Shown here piece by piece: positions 44,064 to 55,800 of a stretch of DNA of 64,000 bases (positions are counted from its first letter, which is position 1; every line of letters starts with the position of its first letter). A program made the position numbers and the translations under genes. A model generated the notes under the pieces. The model worked only from the letters and a program-made list of their open reading frames with translations, ran no database searches and had not been told where the DNA came from. The DNA comes from Macrostomum lignano (taxonomy: Eukaryota): the NCBI GenBank assembly GCA_002269645.1, contig NIVC01001581.1, forward strand, positions 62,001-126,000, in the 5' to 3' direction.

Positions 44064-46262
44064 TGCACTAACCTTGCTATTCAGATGAAGGTCCAGCCAC
44101 TGCGCGAGCTGCTGCCGCAGGCGCTCCTCGGACATGCCCAAAGATCGCATACCCCTGGCCCGGCAGGCGGCCTGCAACTCGGCCACGTTCAGCTTATCTA
44201 AGCCTTCTGATTGGATCAGCTGATCGTCGGCGTGCAATTGGCGCAATCGAATCTCCAGTTGCAGTTCAATAAGAGCTTTGGACCCAACAGCTGGCACTTC
44301 TAGCAGTTTACAGATGGCCGCCAGTTGCGGCCGCTCCAGGTTGTCCAAAGTCAGCTCGTCGGCGAATAAGCGAGAGAAGCGCAGCAGTTCATCTGTGGTG
44401 GCGTAGCGTCCGACTGTGCTGCATTTCTCAACGAATTTACGAAAGTCGTCCAGAGATTTGCGCACCTGAGAATGAAACAGCGAATGGGCAGGTGCGGGCA
44501 CTGGTTTGGCTGGTTGTTTCATTCTGATGAAGTTGGAAGCGGAGAGAAATTATATGCCACCTGAAGGACAGGTAAAGCTAGCTGATTAACTCCTGAAGGA
44601 CACCTGAAGGACAAGTAGTGAAGCTAGCTGATTAACTCCTGAAGGACACTAGGACAGGTAGTAAAGCTAGCTGATTAACTCCTGAAGGACACTAGGACAG
44701 GTAGTGAAGCTAGCTGATTAACTCCTGAAGGACACCTGAAGGACAAGTAGTGAAGCTAGCTGATTAACTCCTGAAGGACACTAGGACAGGTAGTAAAGCT
44801 AGCTGATTAACTCCTGAAGGACACTAGGACAGGTAGTAAAGCTAGCTGATTAACTCCTGAAGGACACTAGGACAGGTAGTAAAGCTAGCTGATTAACTCC
44901 TGAAGGGCACTAGGACAAGTAGTGAAGCTAGCTGATTAACTCCTGAAGGACACCTGAAGGACAGGTAGTAAAGCTAGCTGACTAACTCCTGAAGGACACT
45001 AGGACAGGTAGTGAAGCTAGCTGATTAACTCCTGAAGGACAGGTAGATGTTGAAAGACTCATAAAACATTAGAAAAAAATAATCTGAAGCATATCACCTC
45101 ATCCGTAGCATCTTTAGTCTTGAATCCTTCCTGCAAAGTGGCCTGAAGAAACTTGGCAGTTTCAAGCTTGGCTTTAAGACGAACTCGCAATTTCTCAGCC
45201 TCTTTGTCTTTCTCTTGGAACGTACTGGGCAGCATGAAGGGCATAAACTTCAAGTAGAATGGCAATAGAAGCTCCATAAATGGTACCACAATGAAGAACA
45301 AGAACGGCACCATGCGAAACAGGTCGGCAACTGTGCGAACGAAATGTCGCCTCTCTCGCCTACTAATGGGCTTACCGCGCATGTACTTGAAGCCGATTCT
45401 GCTGGCAATTCGAATCTCCAACACAAGCAGTCGCATGCCATTCCAATAGTGCACGATTTCATGCCAAATCCTAGCAGGCAAAGACGGCTTTGGTTGTTGA
45501 ACTTGAGGAACTTTCTTGTCATTGTATTTCGAATCCTTGTTTTTATCACTATCGGGGCTTGTGGAACTTAAACAACGGATAGTAAGAAAATTATTGGCAT
45601 TGCGATTGTTACTAGTGATTATACTACTGGCGATAGTAGTATAATGAATCAACGAGTTATTATTATGCAATCTAAGAGTGAGAGGCGAGTAATGTGTCTG
45701 CTGGTGTTGTAAATGCAACTGCTTGTAAGCTGCATTGCTGCTTAGACAATGGTGATTCTGCTTCAGACAGCTGTTTCTAAAAGGGAATGGCAATGAGAAA
45801 TATAGTTTGTTTATACATTGTATGAAATATTGATTTAGAATTTATGCTTCATGTTTTACCTAAAATACCATCTTAGATATAGGGCAGGCTGTTGTGCTCT
45901 TGATACAAGAACATGTTGCATTTCCTTAGATAGAACAGAAAAATAAAAAAGTATTAGATTTAATTTAAATATATATTACACATTGTTAGCTTTTACAAAA
46001 GAATTCTCTTTAGGCTTAATATCTCAGCAATCCCCCTTCCAAGCCTTGACATCTTAGCAATCCCCCCTAAGCCTTGACATCTCAGCAATCTGTCCAAGCC
46101 TTGACATCTTAGCAATTCTCCTAATAAGCCTTGACATCTTAGAAAATCCCCCAAAAGCTTTGACATCTTAGCTAAATCTCCTAATAAGCTTTGGCATCTT
46201 AGCAATTTCCTGGATAAGCCCTTGACATCTTAGTGATTCTTCTAAGCGCTAAGCCTTACCAT
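39755..46262 (-). CDS. LETM1: LETM1 mitochondrial inner-membrane protein with EF-hand (exons 46262-46260 tentative, 45924-45860, 45776-45098, 44465-44073, 42923-42582, 41421-41038, 39904-39755)
   Basis: [93 protein letters not shown] and EF-hand LDEDNDGKI. All junctions are GT-AG and in frame. The start exon is uncertain (ATG at 46262 or 45921). Confidence 0.93.
40097..40413 (-). mobile_element. tRNA-derived CORE-SINE, copy 2 (LETM1 last intron)
   Basis: A-box-like TAGCCTAGTGG, GTGTCCTTGAGCAAGACACTTAAC and CTGTAAAATGGG motifs, (ATT)n tail. Confidence 0.78.
41560..42310. repeat. 44-bp then 22-bp minisatellite in a LETM1 intron
   Basis: (TCACTGAATTACATTTCAAAAATCAATGACCTGCATTCTAAGAA)n followed by AAGAATCACTGACCTACTTTCT units. 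Confidence 0.93.
43068..43651. repeat. (CAGA)/(CAAA) compound microsatellite in a LETM1 intron
   Basis: Direct inspection; a second tract lies at about 43955-44061. Confidence 0.97.
44560..45047. repeat. 43-45-bp minisatellite in a LETM1 intron
   Basis: (GCTAGCTGATTAACTCCTGAAGGACACTAGGACAGGTAGTAAA)n. Confidence 0.92.
46015..46250. repeat. Degenerate ~28-bp repeat in the putative first LETM1 intron
   Basis: AAGCCTTGACATCTTAGCAAT recurs. Confidence 0.85.
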
Positions 46263-46887
46263 CTTAAGACATCAACATTTTTAAATGATGCTATTTGTAT
46301 ATTTGACATGACACTTCTTTTATGCATAACATGGCACTTTTATTAAATGAAGTTTTTATTCAAAAAAACTATACAACAAAGTCTAAGATTACAACCCAGG
46401 TTGCCATACAAAGCAATTAGGATGCAATTGATTTCTGTGTTAGTCAATATTAGTTTTCATTAAAATTAACAATATGGTTACATAATTTCAATCAAGTCAA
46501 GTGCTATATACTGCCACACTATATTTTCAATATTCTAACAATTCAAGTCAAAGTCACAGTTCAATAAGTAGGCTCTAAACTGGTAATAAATAAGAAGCCT
46601 AATATGATATAATCTTCATCATAATTAGAATCCAATTAGTCATTTTTTCTAGCATTCTTAATCTTACAGTTACAATGCATATCAAAGTTGAAAATTCTGC
46701 TTGAACTTCACAAAAAGCATGCTTTCTTGAATATTAATCCTTTTAGCAAAGAGCAATTTCTTAGCCATAACATTATCATACTATAGAAAAATTTCTGATT
46801 TAATAGTGCATGTTTAAAAGTATAAATGTAATCAAATAAATCGATTTACTGATTTTCCATAGATAAATAACACCAACAGTTCAATAA

Positions 46888-47249
46888 TAATAGTACATTA
46901 ATACCCATGCTTTAAGGGCGTTAATGGGAAAATCAGAGGGCACCGTTAGGCACCCGAGGATTTCTTATTAACGCCCACAAAGCATGGGTATTACTATTAT
47001 TGTGCCATAGACATTTGTGTCCTTGACAAAGTGGAACAAAATTAGCGGGCAGTTAATGACATTAACTACCCGCTAATTTGCATTAAAGTAAGTTTGAAAT
47101 AGACAAAGACAATCGGGCGTTAAATGTCATTAACTGCCAGCTAATTTGAATTAAAGTAAGTTTGACTCCTGCAAGCGGGCTTAAATGTAGCCTATGGCTT
47201 TAAAAGGCAAGAATAAGTGCCCAGCGGGCACAAAGGTCATGGTACAATA
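46888..47249. mobile_element. Unclassified multi-hairpin element, copy 2 (inverted relative to copy 1)
   Basis: Reverse complement of 30724-31097 with a diverged terminal hairpin arm. Confidence 0.75.
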
Positions 47250-47260
47250 GAACTCATGAC

Positions 47261-47459
47261 CAGGGGCGTAGGGAGGGGGGATAGATAGGGGAGGATGTAT
47301 CCCCCCTGAAGAGCCTGACCAAAACTTTTTTGTTGCCTTTTGTTGCTATACATGCTACCATGTGACTCCGTCATAGCACTTTCACCTTGGTGTATCCCCC
47401 CCGTAGAAAATTCACCTTGGTGTATCCCCCCCGTAGGAAATTCCTGGCTACGCCCCCTG
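47261..47459. mobile_element. hAT-type MITE
   Basis: TIRs CAGGGGCGTAG / CTACGCCCCCTG; perfect 8-bp TSD CTCATGAC at 47253-47260 and 47460-47467. Confidence 0.88.
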
Positions 47460-48460
47460 CTCATGACATAAAGTGTCATATAATAGCTGTAAATAGATTT
47501 TGACCCTGGAAGGTTTTATAAATTGCCTAATTGAGACTAAAAAAGGTAAATAAACTTAATTCAGGCTATGGCCTAATTGCAGATTTAAAGTATGTTTATA
47601 TAAAATACCAGTTTTAAATGTAAATATTCAAACTTAAAGCCGCATTTGTTAGTGATAATCAGTTTATTAGTTAATAGTTTTTCCACATATTTATTCTTAG
47701 AAACGGAATTAGATTATAGTTTTGAAAAAAAACTGTGAGTTTACAAAAACAAAAAGTCAATTATACTTGTGAAAAACTAGCTCAAACTACTTCTATGCGC
47801 TATTCAAACTACTTTTTTAAGATATACTTTAAATATTTTTTTACTTTTTTAGCGCTTAATGTCTTTACATAAAAACAGTAGCATTTTGACTTGGGATTGT
47901 TTATTCGAATTTATATGCATTGCATTGCCTATGCTATGCAGAATCGTCGTCCTTCCCTTTAGTTTAGGCCTTTATTATTCAATTAATCGAGTTAAAAATG
48001 AGCAAAAAAACATAAATATCAATTGCATTTTGTTTATATCGCAACTAAAATAACAAACAGTTAAGCATATCAGTTATGTTTATTTTTTAATTGTGAATAA
48101 TTTATAATGCATACAATACAATGTCTAAAATATATATTGACTGGCTACAAGTTTCTAATCTGGTATGGAAATAGACGATGTCAAACATGTAGCTTTTTTC
48201 TATCTGTAATGATTTTGTTTAATACCATGACTATATAGCATTTGGTATAATCACTTGTTTAGTTTTTATAGGTCATAATGTTTCAATTTTTTTTCAATTG
48301 CACTAGCTAGCTAACATTTTGAAATTTAAATTTACTAAAGCTTCAAGAATCAATATTTTTACATACATCAAAAGACCTCTATAAAGTAAGCACAATTATA
48401 TTTTCTACTCATCTAAACATAAAACTTCCAGCTAGAGTCACAGACTTTTCATGTGCAACA

Positions 48461-49757
48461 ATGTACAGCGATTCAACTGTCACACCTCGGACTCAGAGGC
48501 GACAAGAGATTTGCCAGCGTAGGTTGGACTACTTGGCTAGAAATGGCGAGCGGCTACTTAGTAGCAATGGGTAAGTTGTTAACTAATTGTAAAAAAAGTA
48601 AACAAACCTAAAAATATTGCAAAGCCTTTACACAATGACTTTAATATTGGTAATTTTCCAGTCACCTCAGCAGCCACAGGATTGACAGCTCGAAAGGTAC
48701 AAACCTAAGCTCGCCGCGTGCGAAAGCAAATACGTTTAAAGCAGCGGCAGCGCCAACAGCAACAACAACAAATAAAGAGAGGCAAGTCAGAAACAGTCAG
48801 ACAGCTGCCTCAAGCAACAAAGTCAGGCAGCACTCAGCAGAAGCAACTGCACAAAGGCCCTGCATCAGTGCCCCTTTCAACTTGGGAGCAGCGCAACATT
48901 CTGATGAGGACGCCGCAATCGAGTCCGAATTTCATACTCATCGACCGGGGCCAGAGTTCGATCCAGCTTACGATGATGAAGCTACTAGAGAGGCTGGAAT
49001 GGCCACATCTCGCAGCACCGAGCTGCTATTGGAGACACAACGCAACCATCTGCAGGATATTGTGCAGCAGTCTAGAAGATCTGCTGCTGCCGCTGCGAGT
49101 CTGTTGCAGGAAAAGCAGAACTCTAAGAGGTTTGAGCACCTGGATTCTGCCCTAAATAATTCTGACTACAGATTAGCAATCCATTCTGTTCCTTCATCCA
49201 GCAGATATGGCTATAGATTAGCAATCCATTCTGTTCCTTCACCCAGCAGATATGGCTATAGATTAGCAATCCATTCTGTTCCTTCACCCAGCAGATATGG
49301 CTATAGATTAGCAATCCATTCTGTTCCTTCACCCAGCAGATATGGCTATAGATTAGCAATCCATTCTGTTCCTTCATCCAGCAGATATGGCTATAGATTA
49401 GCAATCCATTCTGTTCCTTCACCCAGCAGATATGGCTATAGATTAGCAATCCATTCTGTTCCTTCACCCAGCAGATATGGCTATAGATTAGCAATCCATT
49501 CTGTTCCTTCACCCAGCAGATATGGCTATAGATTAGCAATCCATTCCATCTGTTCCAGACCGCATTCAAGAAGCCAGAGCTACCAGCATCAGCAGCCGCA
49601 GCGCCCGACACAGCAGCGAGCTGCTGCTGACGACACAGACGAGTTTCTGCGCGAGCTTGAAGCTCGCCACAAGATGCGCCAATCGAGACGACTGCCAGAT
49701 TATGACGCCATTCTGCGCCAACTCGACAGCGAGTTGGACAGCGTCGGAGTCGATGTG

Positions 49758-49809
<52 letters not shown>

Positions 49810-52800
49810 CGGTGCGGGTGGCACGAGACCAGCGTCCACGTCGCGCCCCTGGACACCCCGCCAATGTGGCAGGAGCTCCGTGCGTCCCTGCCATCGACGG
49901 GGTGACGAATTGGTCTCACCTCCGGGTATGCAGCCTGGGAGAGCTGTCCCCCAACGTTGGGTTGGCGGTGGATGGCGGTTTTTACAGCGTAAGTCGGTCT
50001 GCGGAGGAGCCCTGCGCACCGGGACTCGGGTCCCCACGCTCTCTGGCCACCCGCCGCAGGCCGCAAATTGGATTCCGCCGTCTACTGCCCGCCCGCGCAG
50101 GGTCAGCGCCCCGGCTGCATGGGGCTACGCCCCCGGTCCTATTAGCTACGTCTAGCTACAATGTCCGTGACCCGAAAAAGAAAGAAAGAAAGCAGGCGGT
50201 GCACAGCAGCGAGAAGCACTTGGTTCAAAGACAGCAATTCCAACAAAAAAATCAGAAGCAGAGGTCTGCTAGCTTTCGGTTGGCAATCTCTTCAAATATT
50301 GTTATAGATAAAATTCACTGTTTTCTAGTCTCCTTGGATTCTCCCCTTCATCCAGTTCGAATTCTCCACTTGGGATTTCCTAGCTCTAGAGTTCACCCAG
50401 TTTGGATTCTCCATTTGGTATTCCCCCAGCTCTGGAATTCCCCCAGTTTGGATTCTTGTAATGGCTATAGTAAGAAGGCCGGAGTTTGCTGAGACGAAAG
50501 GTGGAGCCCTGCTAGGTGGGCTGATCGATGCTTATTTATTTTCAGACTATGGAATAAAATCACGCCACCAGAGTGGGGGTGAAGAATCGCCGCACTTGAA
50601 GTGCATGAATTGTACGCAAGGCCGATGTACATATAAATTGGGCTCGCGTGAGCACTACATCTCTCCACGCGCGGATTATTAACAGGGGAATAAAAAACAA
50701 AATATTGTGACTAAAAAGTACATTGTCAAGGTCTGCTGCTGCAAAGCAATCACTGAGACTCAATGTCTCCTGAGGTCCGGCTCCTTGTAGTTCTTGGCCT
50801 CGTCTTTGGCCTGGCGCGGGTGCGGCCTGGCCGCGATCGGATCGGCGGGCTCGTCGGGCGCCTCTTGGCCGCCGGTCTCGCCGATGGACTCGGCCTGCTG
50901 CGTGGCCGGGGGCTCCGGCAGCTTCTTGACCTGAGTGGCGTGCCGTCGGCAAGTGGTCTCGCCACGCTGAATGACCAGGGCATCTCCATGAACCTCGGCC
51001 ACAGTCCACGGTACGGTTTCAAAGAAGGTGTCCGTTTTTTGTCGGTGCTGCTGGCGCCGTAGGACGCGGTCACCTGGTTGGATTTGATGGTCAGCGGCTC
51101 GTTCTCGCTGGTCGCGGTAGTCCTTCATCTTCTCCTTGGCCTTCGAATCCGCTCCGGCAATGGCGGCTCGCGTCGCTTTCACAGGTCGCGAGTGGTGAAG
51201 ACTGGGGATTGTGTCATTGACTTGGCGTCCGAAGAGCAGGTTTGCCGGGGCGACTCCTGTCGAGCTGTGCGGCGTGCGCCGGTACGCGGCCAGGTATTCG
51301 TCGACAGCTGCCGTCCAGTCTTTGCCTTCGGCGACAGCTGCGCGTATGGCTTTGTTGAGGCCCTTGTTGCAGCGCTCGGTGGCTCCGTTAGCCTGCGGGT
51401 AGAGCGGCGTGATCCGATGATGGTGGACTCCTTGGCCTTTCAGGAAGCAGCTGGTGAAATCCGATGATGAGAAAGGCGGCCCGTTGTCGGTTGACACCTT
51501 GAGCGGCTGGCCGAAGATGCTAAACCACCGTCTGAGCACGCGTATGGCGGCGGCGGCCGTTGTGTCTGCCATAACTTCAACCAGCGGAAATCGAGAAAAG
51601 TGATCGGTGCAGACGAGTAACGACTTTCCTTTGACGGGCCCCAGGAAGTCAAGGCCGAGATCGAGCCACGGCCCATCCGGCAGATCCGTCGGCTTCAAGG
51701 GCGTTGCCTTCGTAGTCGCCTCGCTGTTGCAGGCCGCGCAGCTGATGCAGGTGGCCACATGAGTCTCCACTGCCGAGCGCATGCCGGGCCACCAGACCTT
51801 TGACTGCAGGCGGTCCAGTGTCTTCCGCATGCCTTGGTGTCCTAGATGGGCCAGTTGAAGGCACCGGAACCGCAGCACTGCAGGCACGAACAGCTGGCTG
51901 CCGCGCAATAGGAGGCCGTCGTGTTCCGACAGCTCGTGCCTGACGCCTCGGATGTCCTTCAGATCCGCGTCCTTGGAGTCCCAGCTGCCGGTGCGAATGG
52001 CGCGGCGGGCAGCCTGCACTGTCGGGTCCTGCTCCGAAGCTGCCTTGATCGCTGATATGCTGAGAGACACCGGAGTCGCCGCCTGGACGACCATGGCAAC
52101 GAACGCTGCGTCGGCCCGCTCGCCTCCGTTGTTTGGCGGCAGCGGTAGCGGTTGCCGGCTGAGCACGTCGGACGGGTTTCCGGCTCCGGGCTGGTAAATG
52201 ACGCTGAAGGCAAGGTCCTGCAGTCGGAGAGCCATGCGTTCAATTCTGGGCGGCGGCCGAGACCCTGGGCTGAACATCGAGACGAGCGGTCTGTGGTCAG
52301 TTATGACTTTAAAGTGCTCACAGCCGCTGAGAAAATGATGAAATTTTAGACAGCCATACTTTACTGCGAGTGCCTCGCGCTCGGTCTGGGAGTACCGCTG
52401 CTCGGTGGCGCTGAGGCTGCGGCTCGCGTAGGCCACCGGTCGAATCGAACCATCAGGCTGCACTTGGGCTAGGATGGCGCCGGCTCCGGTTGGACTGGCA
52501 TCGACGATCAGCTGGGACTGCAGGTCTTTGCTGAAGAATGCCAGCGCCTGGCTACTGGCTATCGTGCGCTTGATGTCGATGAAAGCTGCTTCTTGATGGT
52601 CGCCCCACGCCCACTCTGCCCCGTGCTTTGTCAGATCTCGGAGCGGCCGTGCCCTGTCGGACAGGTTGCTAATGAAGCGAGCGACAAAGGTGACGAGGCC
52701 GAGGAAGGACCTGACCTCGGTAGCGTTGGTCGGTCTTTTGAAGCAGTTAATGGCCGCCACCTTCTCTGTGCTGGGATGGATTCCGGCTGCGGTGAGGCGC

Positions 52801-55800
52801 ATGGCCAGGAAGTCGACTTCTTGCTGCGCGAACCTGCACTTCGCCGGGTTGAGGGTGATATTGTGGTCTCGCAACCGCTGCAGACAGTCGCGCAGTCGCT
52901 GGTTGTGCTCTTCGATACACTTGGCGTAGATGAGGATGTCGTCGTGTACCCAGCGCACGCCGGGGAGTCCGCTCAGAACAGTTGTCATCACGCGCTGCAG
53001 GATTTCAGAGGCTGACGTGTAGCCCATGCAGAGGCGCCTCAGTCGCATAAGGCCTAGTGGCGTTGAGAAGGTCAGGAGCTCCCTCGAATCTTCGGCCACC
53101 TCGATTTGATGAAAGGCCTTGGCGACATCTAACTCTGAGAAACATGTTGATCCGGCCATCTCGTCCGTAACCTCCTCAAATGTGGGAATCGGTTGCTTCT
53201 CGGGAATCACGAATTTGTTGACCTCGCGGAGATCCTGGGTGATGCGGATTCGTCCCTTGTCGTCCTTTGGAACAGCCACCATTCTTGAGCACCATGCTGT
53301 AGGTCCGTGGACACGCTCGATGATGCCCTGAGCAAGCTGCTCTTCCAGCTCTTTTCTGACGGCGTCTCTGAGGTGCACTGGCACGCGTGACGGTGCTTGG
53401 CATGTTGGCGTGGCTTCGGGACGCAGCTTGATGGTAACGCGGACGCCTTTGACGCAGCCGATGCCGTGAAACCTATCCTCGAATTCGGTCAGGACGCTTT
53501 GCAGCTGCGGGTTGTCGGTCGGGTGCTGGTCGTTGATGCTTCGTGACCCGGTGAGACCTGCCACTAATACGGGTTGCTTGTTGGCTCCTGGGCCGACCTG
53601 TAGCATGCCGAGCTCGGTGCTGGTCTGTCTTCCGATGATGGGGGTGCAGCTGCTTTTTATGATGATGAAGTTCGGCTGCAGCTTGTGCCCGTTTGCCGCC
53701 ACGATCAGCCTGGCCTGTCCCTCAACGGCCAGCGGTTGGCTTGCGCCAAGTGGGAAAACCCTTGTGCTGCAGGGCTCGATCCTGGTGCCCGGGTTGCTGA
53801 TCCGCCTGAAGGTGCACAGGTCGAGCACGTTGCAGCTCGCTCCGCTGTCGATGAGCGCCCTGACTGCGTGGCCGTTGATGCTGATGACGAATTTTGCGCT
53901 CCCGTTCTTGTCTTCCAGTGTGCAGAACACTTCCTCGCATGACTGGTCGGTCGGCTCGTCCGAGTCGTGGCCAAGTGCGTTGATGCGCGAACGGCTACTG
54001 AGACAAGCCTTAGCGAGGTGGTTCATCTTGCCACAGCTATCGCACTTCTTGCCCTGAGCCTTGTTGCAGCTTCGGTGTCCAGACTCTCCGCAGCGGATGC
54101 ATTTGCTGTTAGTCTTTGGCGGCTCGCGGGCTGACCCACCTGGCTGGCGGCGGCGCAGCATGTTGACGTCTTCGGAGGTGGCAGCGCTTTTCGACATGAT
54201 GGCAGCTTGCTTTTCGGCCGCCTCATGAGTTCTTGCCAGCTGTAGAGTGTCTGCGAGACTGATGTTTGGCACGTTTAAGAGTCGCTTCCTGAGGGCATCG
54301 CTGCGGCAACAGGCCACGATTTGATCTCGGATCAGTGACTGCTGCAGGTCTCCAAACTGGCACGCTTCTGATGCGCTCCACAGTCTGCTGTACCATGAGT
54401 CGATCTGTTCTCCATCCTCTTGAAGGCAATTCCGGAATTGGTATCGGATGAAGACGACATTGTCGCGGCCTTTAAACTGTTTGTTGAAAGTCTCGATAAG
54501 TGTTGAAATGTTTGCACTTTGGCCTTCTGCGATTGTTTCGCTGTTAGCAATCTCTTTGTACATGTCGCTGATTTCCTTTCCGGCCGTGTAGAGCAGAATT
54601 TCCCGCTTTTGGGCCTCATTGGTGATGCCACTGGCCGCCAGGTAGCGGTGTAGGTTGTCAGCCCATTCTTGCCAGCGTTTGCTGACAGTGTGTGGGTCTT
54701 CTCTAATGCTGAATGATGCGGGGGCGGCAGTTGCAAGGCCATGGCTCGCTCTTGCGACGCCAATGTAATGGCTATAGTAAGAAGGCCGGAGTTTGCTGAG
54801 ACGAAAGGTGGAGCCCTGCTAGGTGGGCTGATCGATGCTTATTTATTTTCAGACTATGGAATAAAATCACGCCACCAGAGTGGGGGTGAGGAATCGCCGC
54901 ACTTGAAGTGCATGAATTGTACGCAAGGCCGATGTACATATAAATTGGGCTCGCGTGAGCACTACAATTCTCTACTTGGGATTTCCCCAGCTCTAGTATT
55001 CACCCAGTTTGGATTCTCCATTTGGTATTTTTCCAGCTCTGGAATTCCCCCAGTTTATATTCTCTACTTGGGATTTCCCCAGCTTTAAGATTCACCCAGT
55101 TAGAATTCTCCACTTGGGATTTCCCCAGCTCTAGAATTCACCCAGTTTGGATTCTTCACTTGGGATTCCTCCGAAGTGTAGGTTTAACCCTCCTGGGATT
55201 CTCTTTTTAGGATTCCCCAGCTTGGGGTTGACGTAGCCGGGATTCTCTATATGGGATTTCTCACCCTCGGGATTCCCACTTTGAATTTTTTAAATCAAAT
55301 TGGACTCCCCTCAAAATTTAGTTTTAAGACTTAATTTTCCAATTGAGTCACGTGACTGCCAATCCCGATCGCAGATCTCCACAGTCGCAGCATCAGCCGG
55401 AGGTCGATTATCACAAACACCTGAACGCCGTTAAGCGGCATCACGAAGATCTTCAGCGTCGGGTAGCTGAGGAGTGGACTGAGCAGCGACTGCGCGAGAG
55501 CAACTCGCGAGCCTCGCTGGAGAGGTACTTCGCCAGCCTGAGGGAGATCAGCCCGCGCTCGGAGGTTCGCGTTCAATTAATAATTTGTGGTTTATTCTAA
55601 TTGCTCCTAGATTAATGAGTTTGGGATATTAAGATTATTCAGCCCAAATATTTAGGAATATTCGGTATATTATTATGAATTTATACTTATGAATATGAGT
55701 TTGAAATAATTTAAGGACAAAGTTGGGATTTGGGATAATAAAGGGCAAAGTGGGGATTTGGGATAATAAAGGCCAAAGTGGGAATTTGGGATATTAAAGG

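Noticed and set aside
48882-50492. 536-aa ORF as a single-exon gene
   Set aside because: It is a composite of exon 2, a 3n minisatellite intron, exon 3 with a retroposon, and intron read-through; the real start appears to be upstream at 48461.
50461-55088. ORFs 50461-50682 and 54741-55088 (MAIVRRPEFAETKGG...) and antisense ORFs inside the Gypsy element
   Set aside because: These are translations of the identical LTRs and shadow frames of the GC-rich pol gene.
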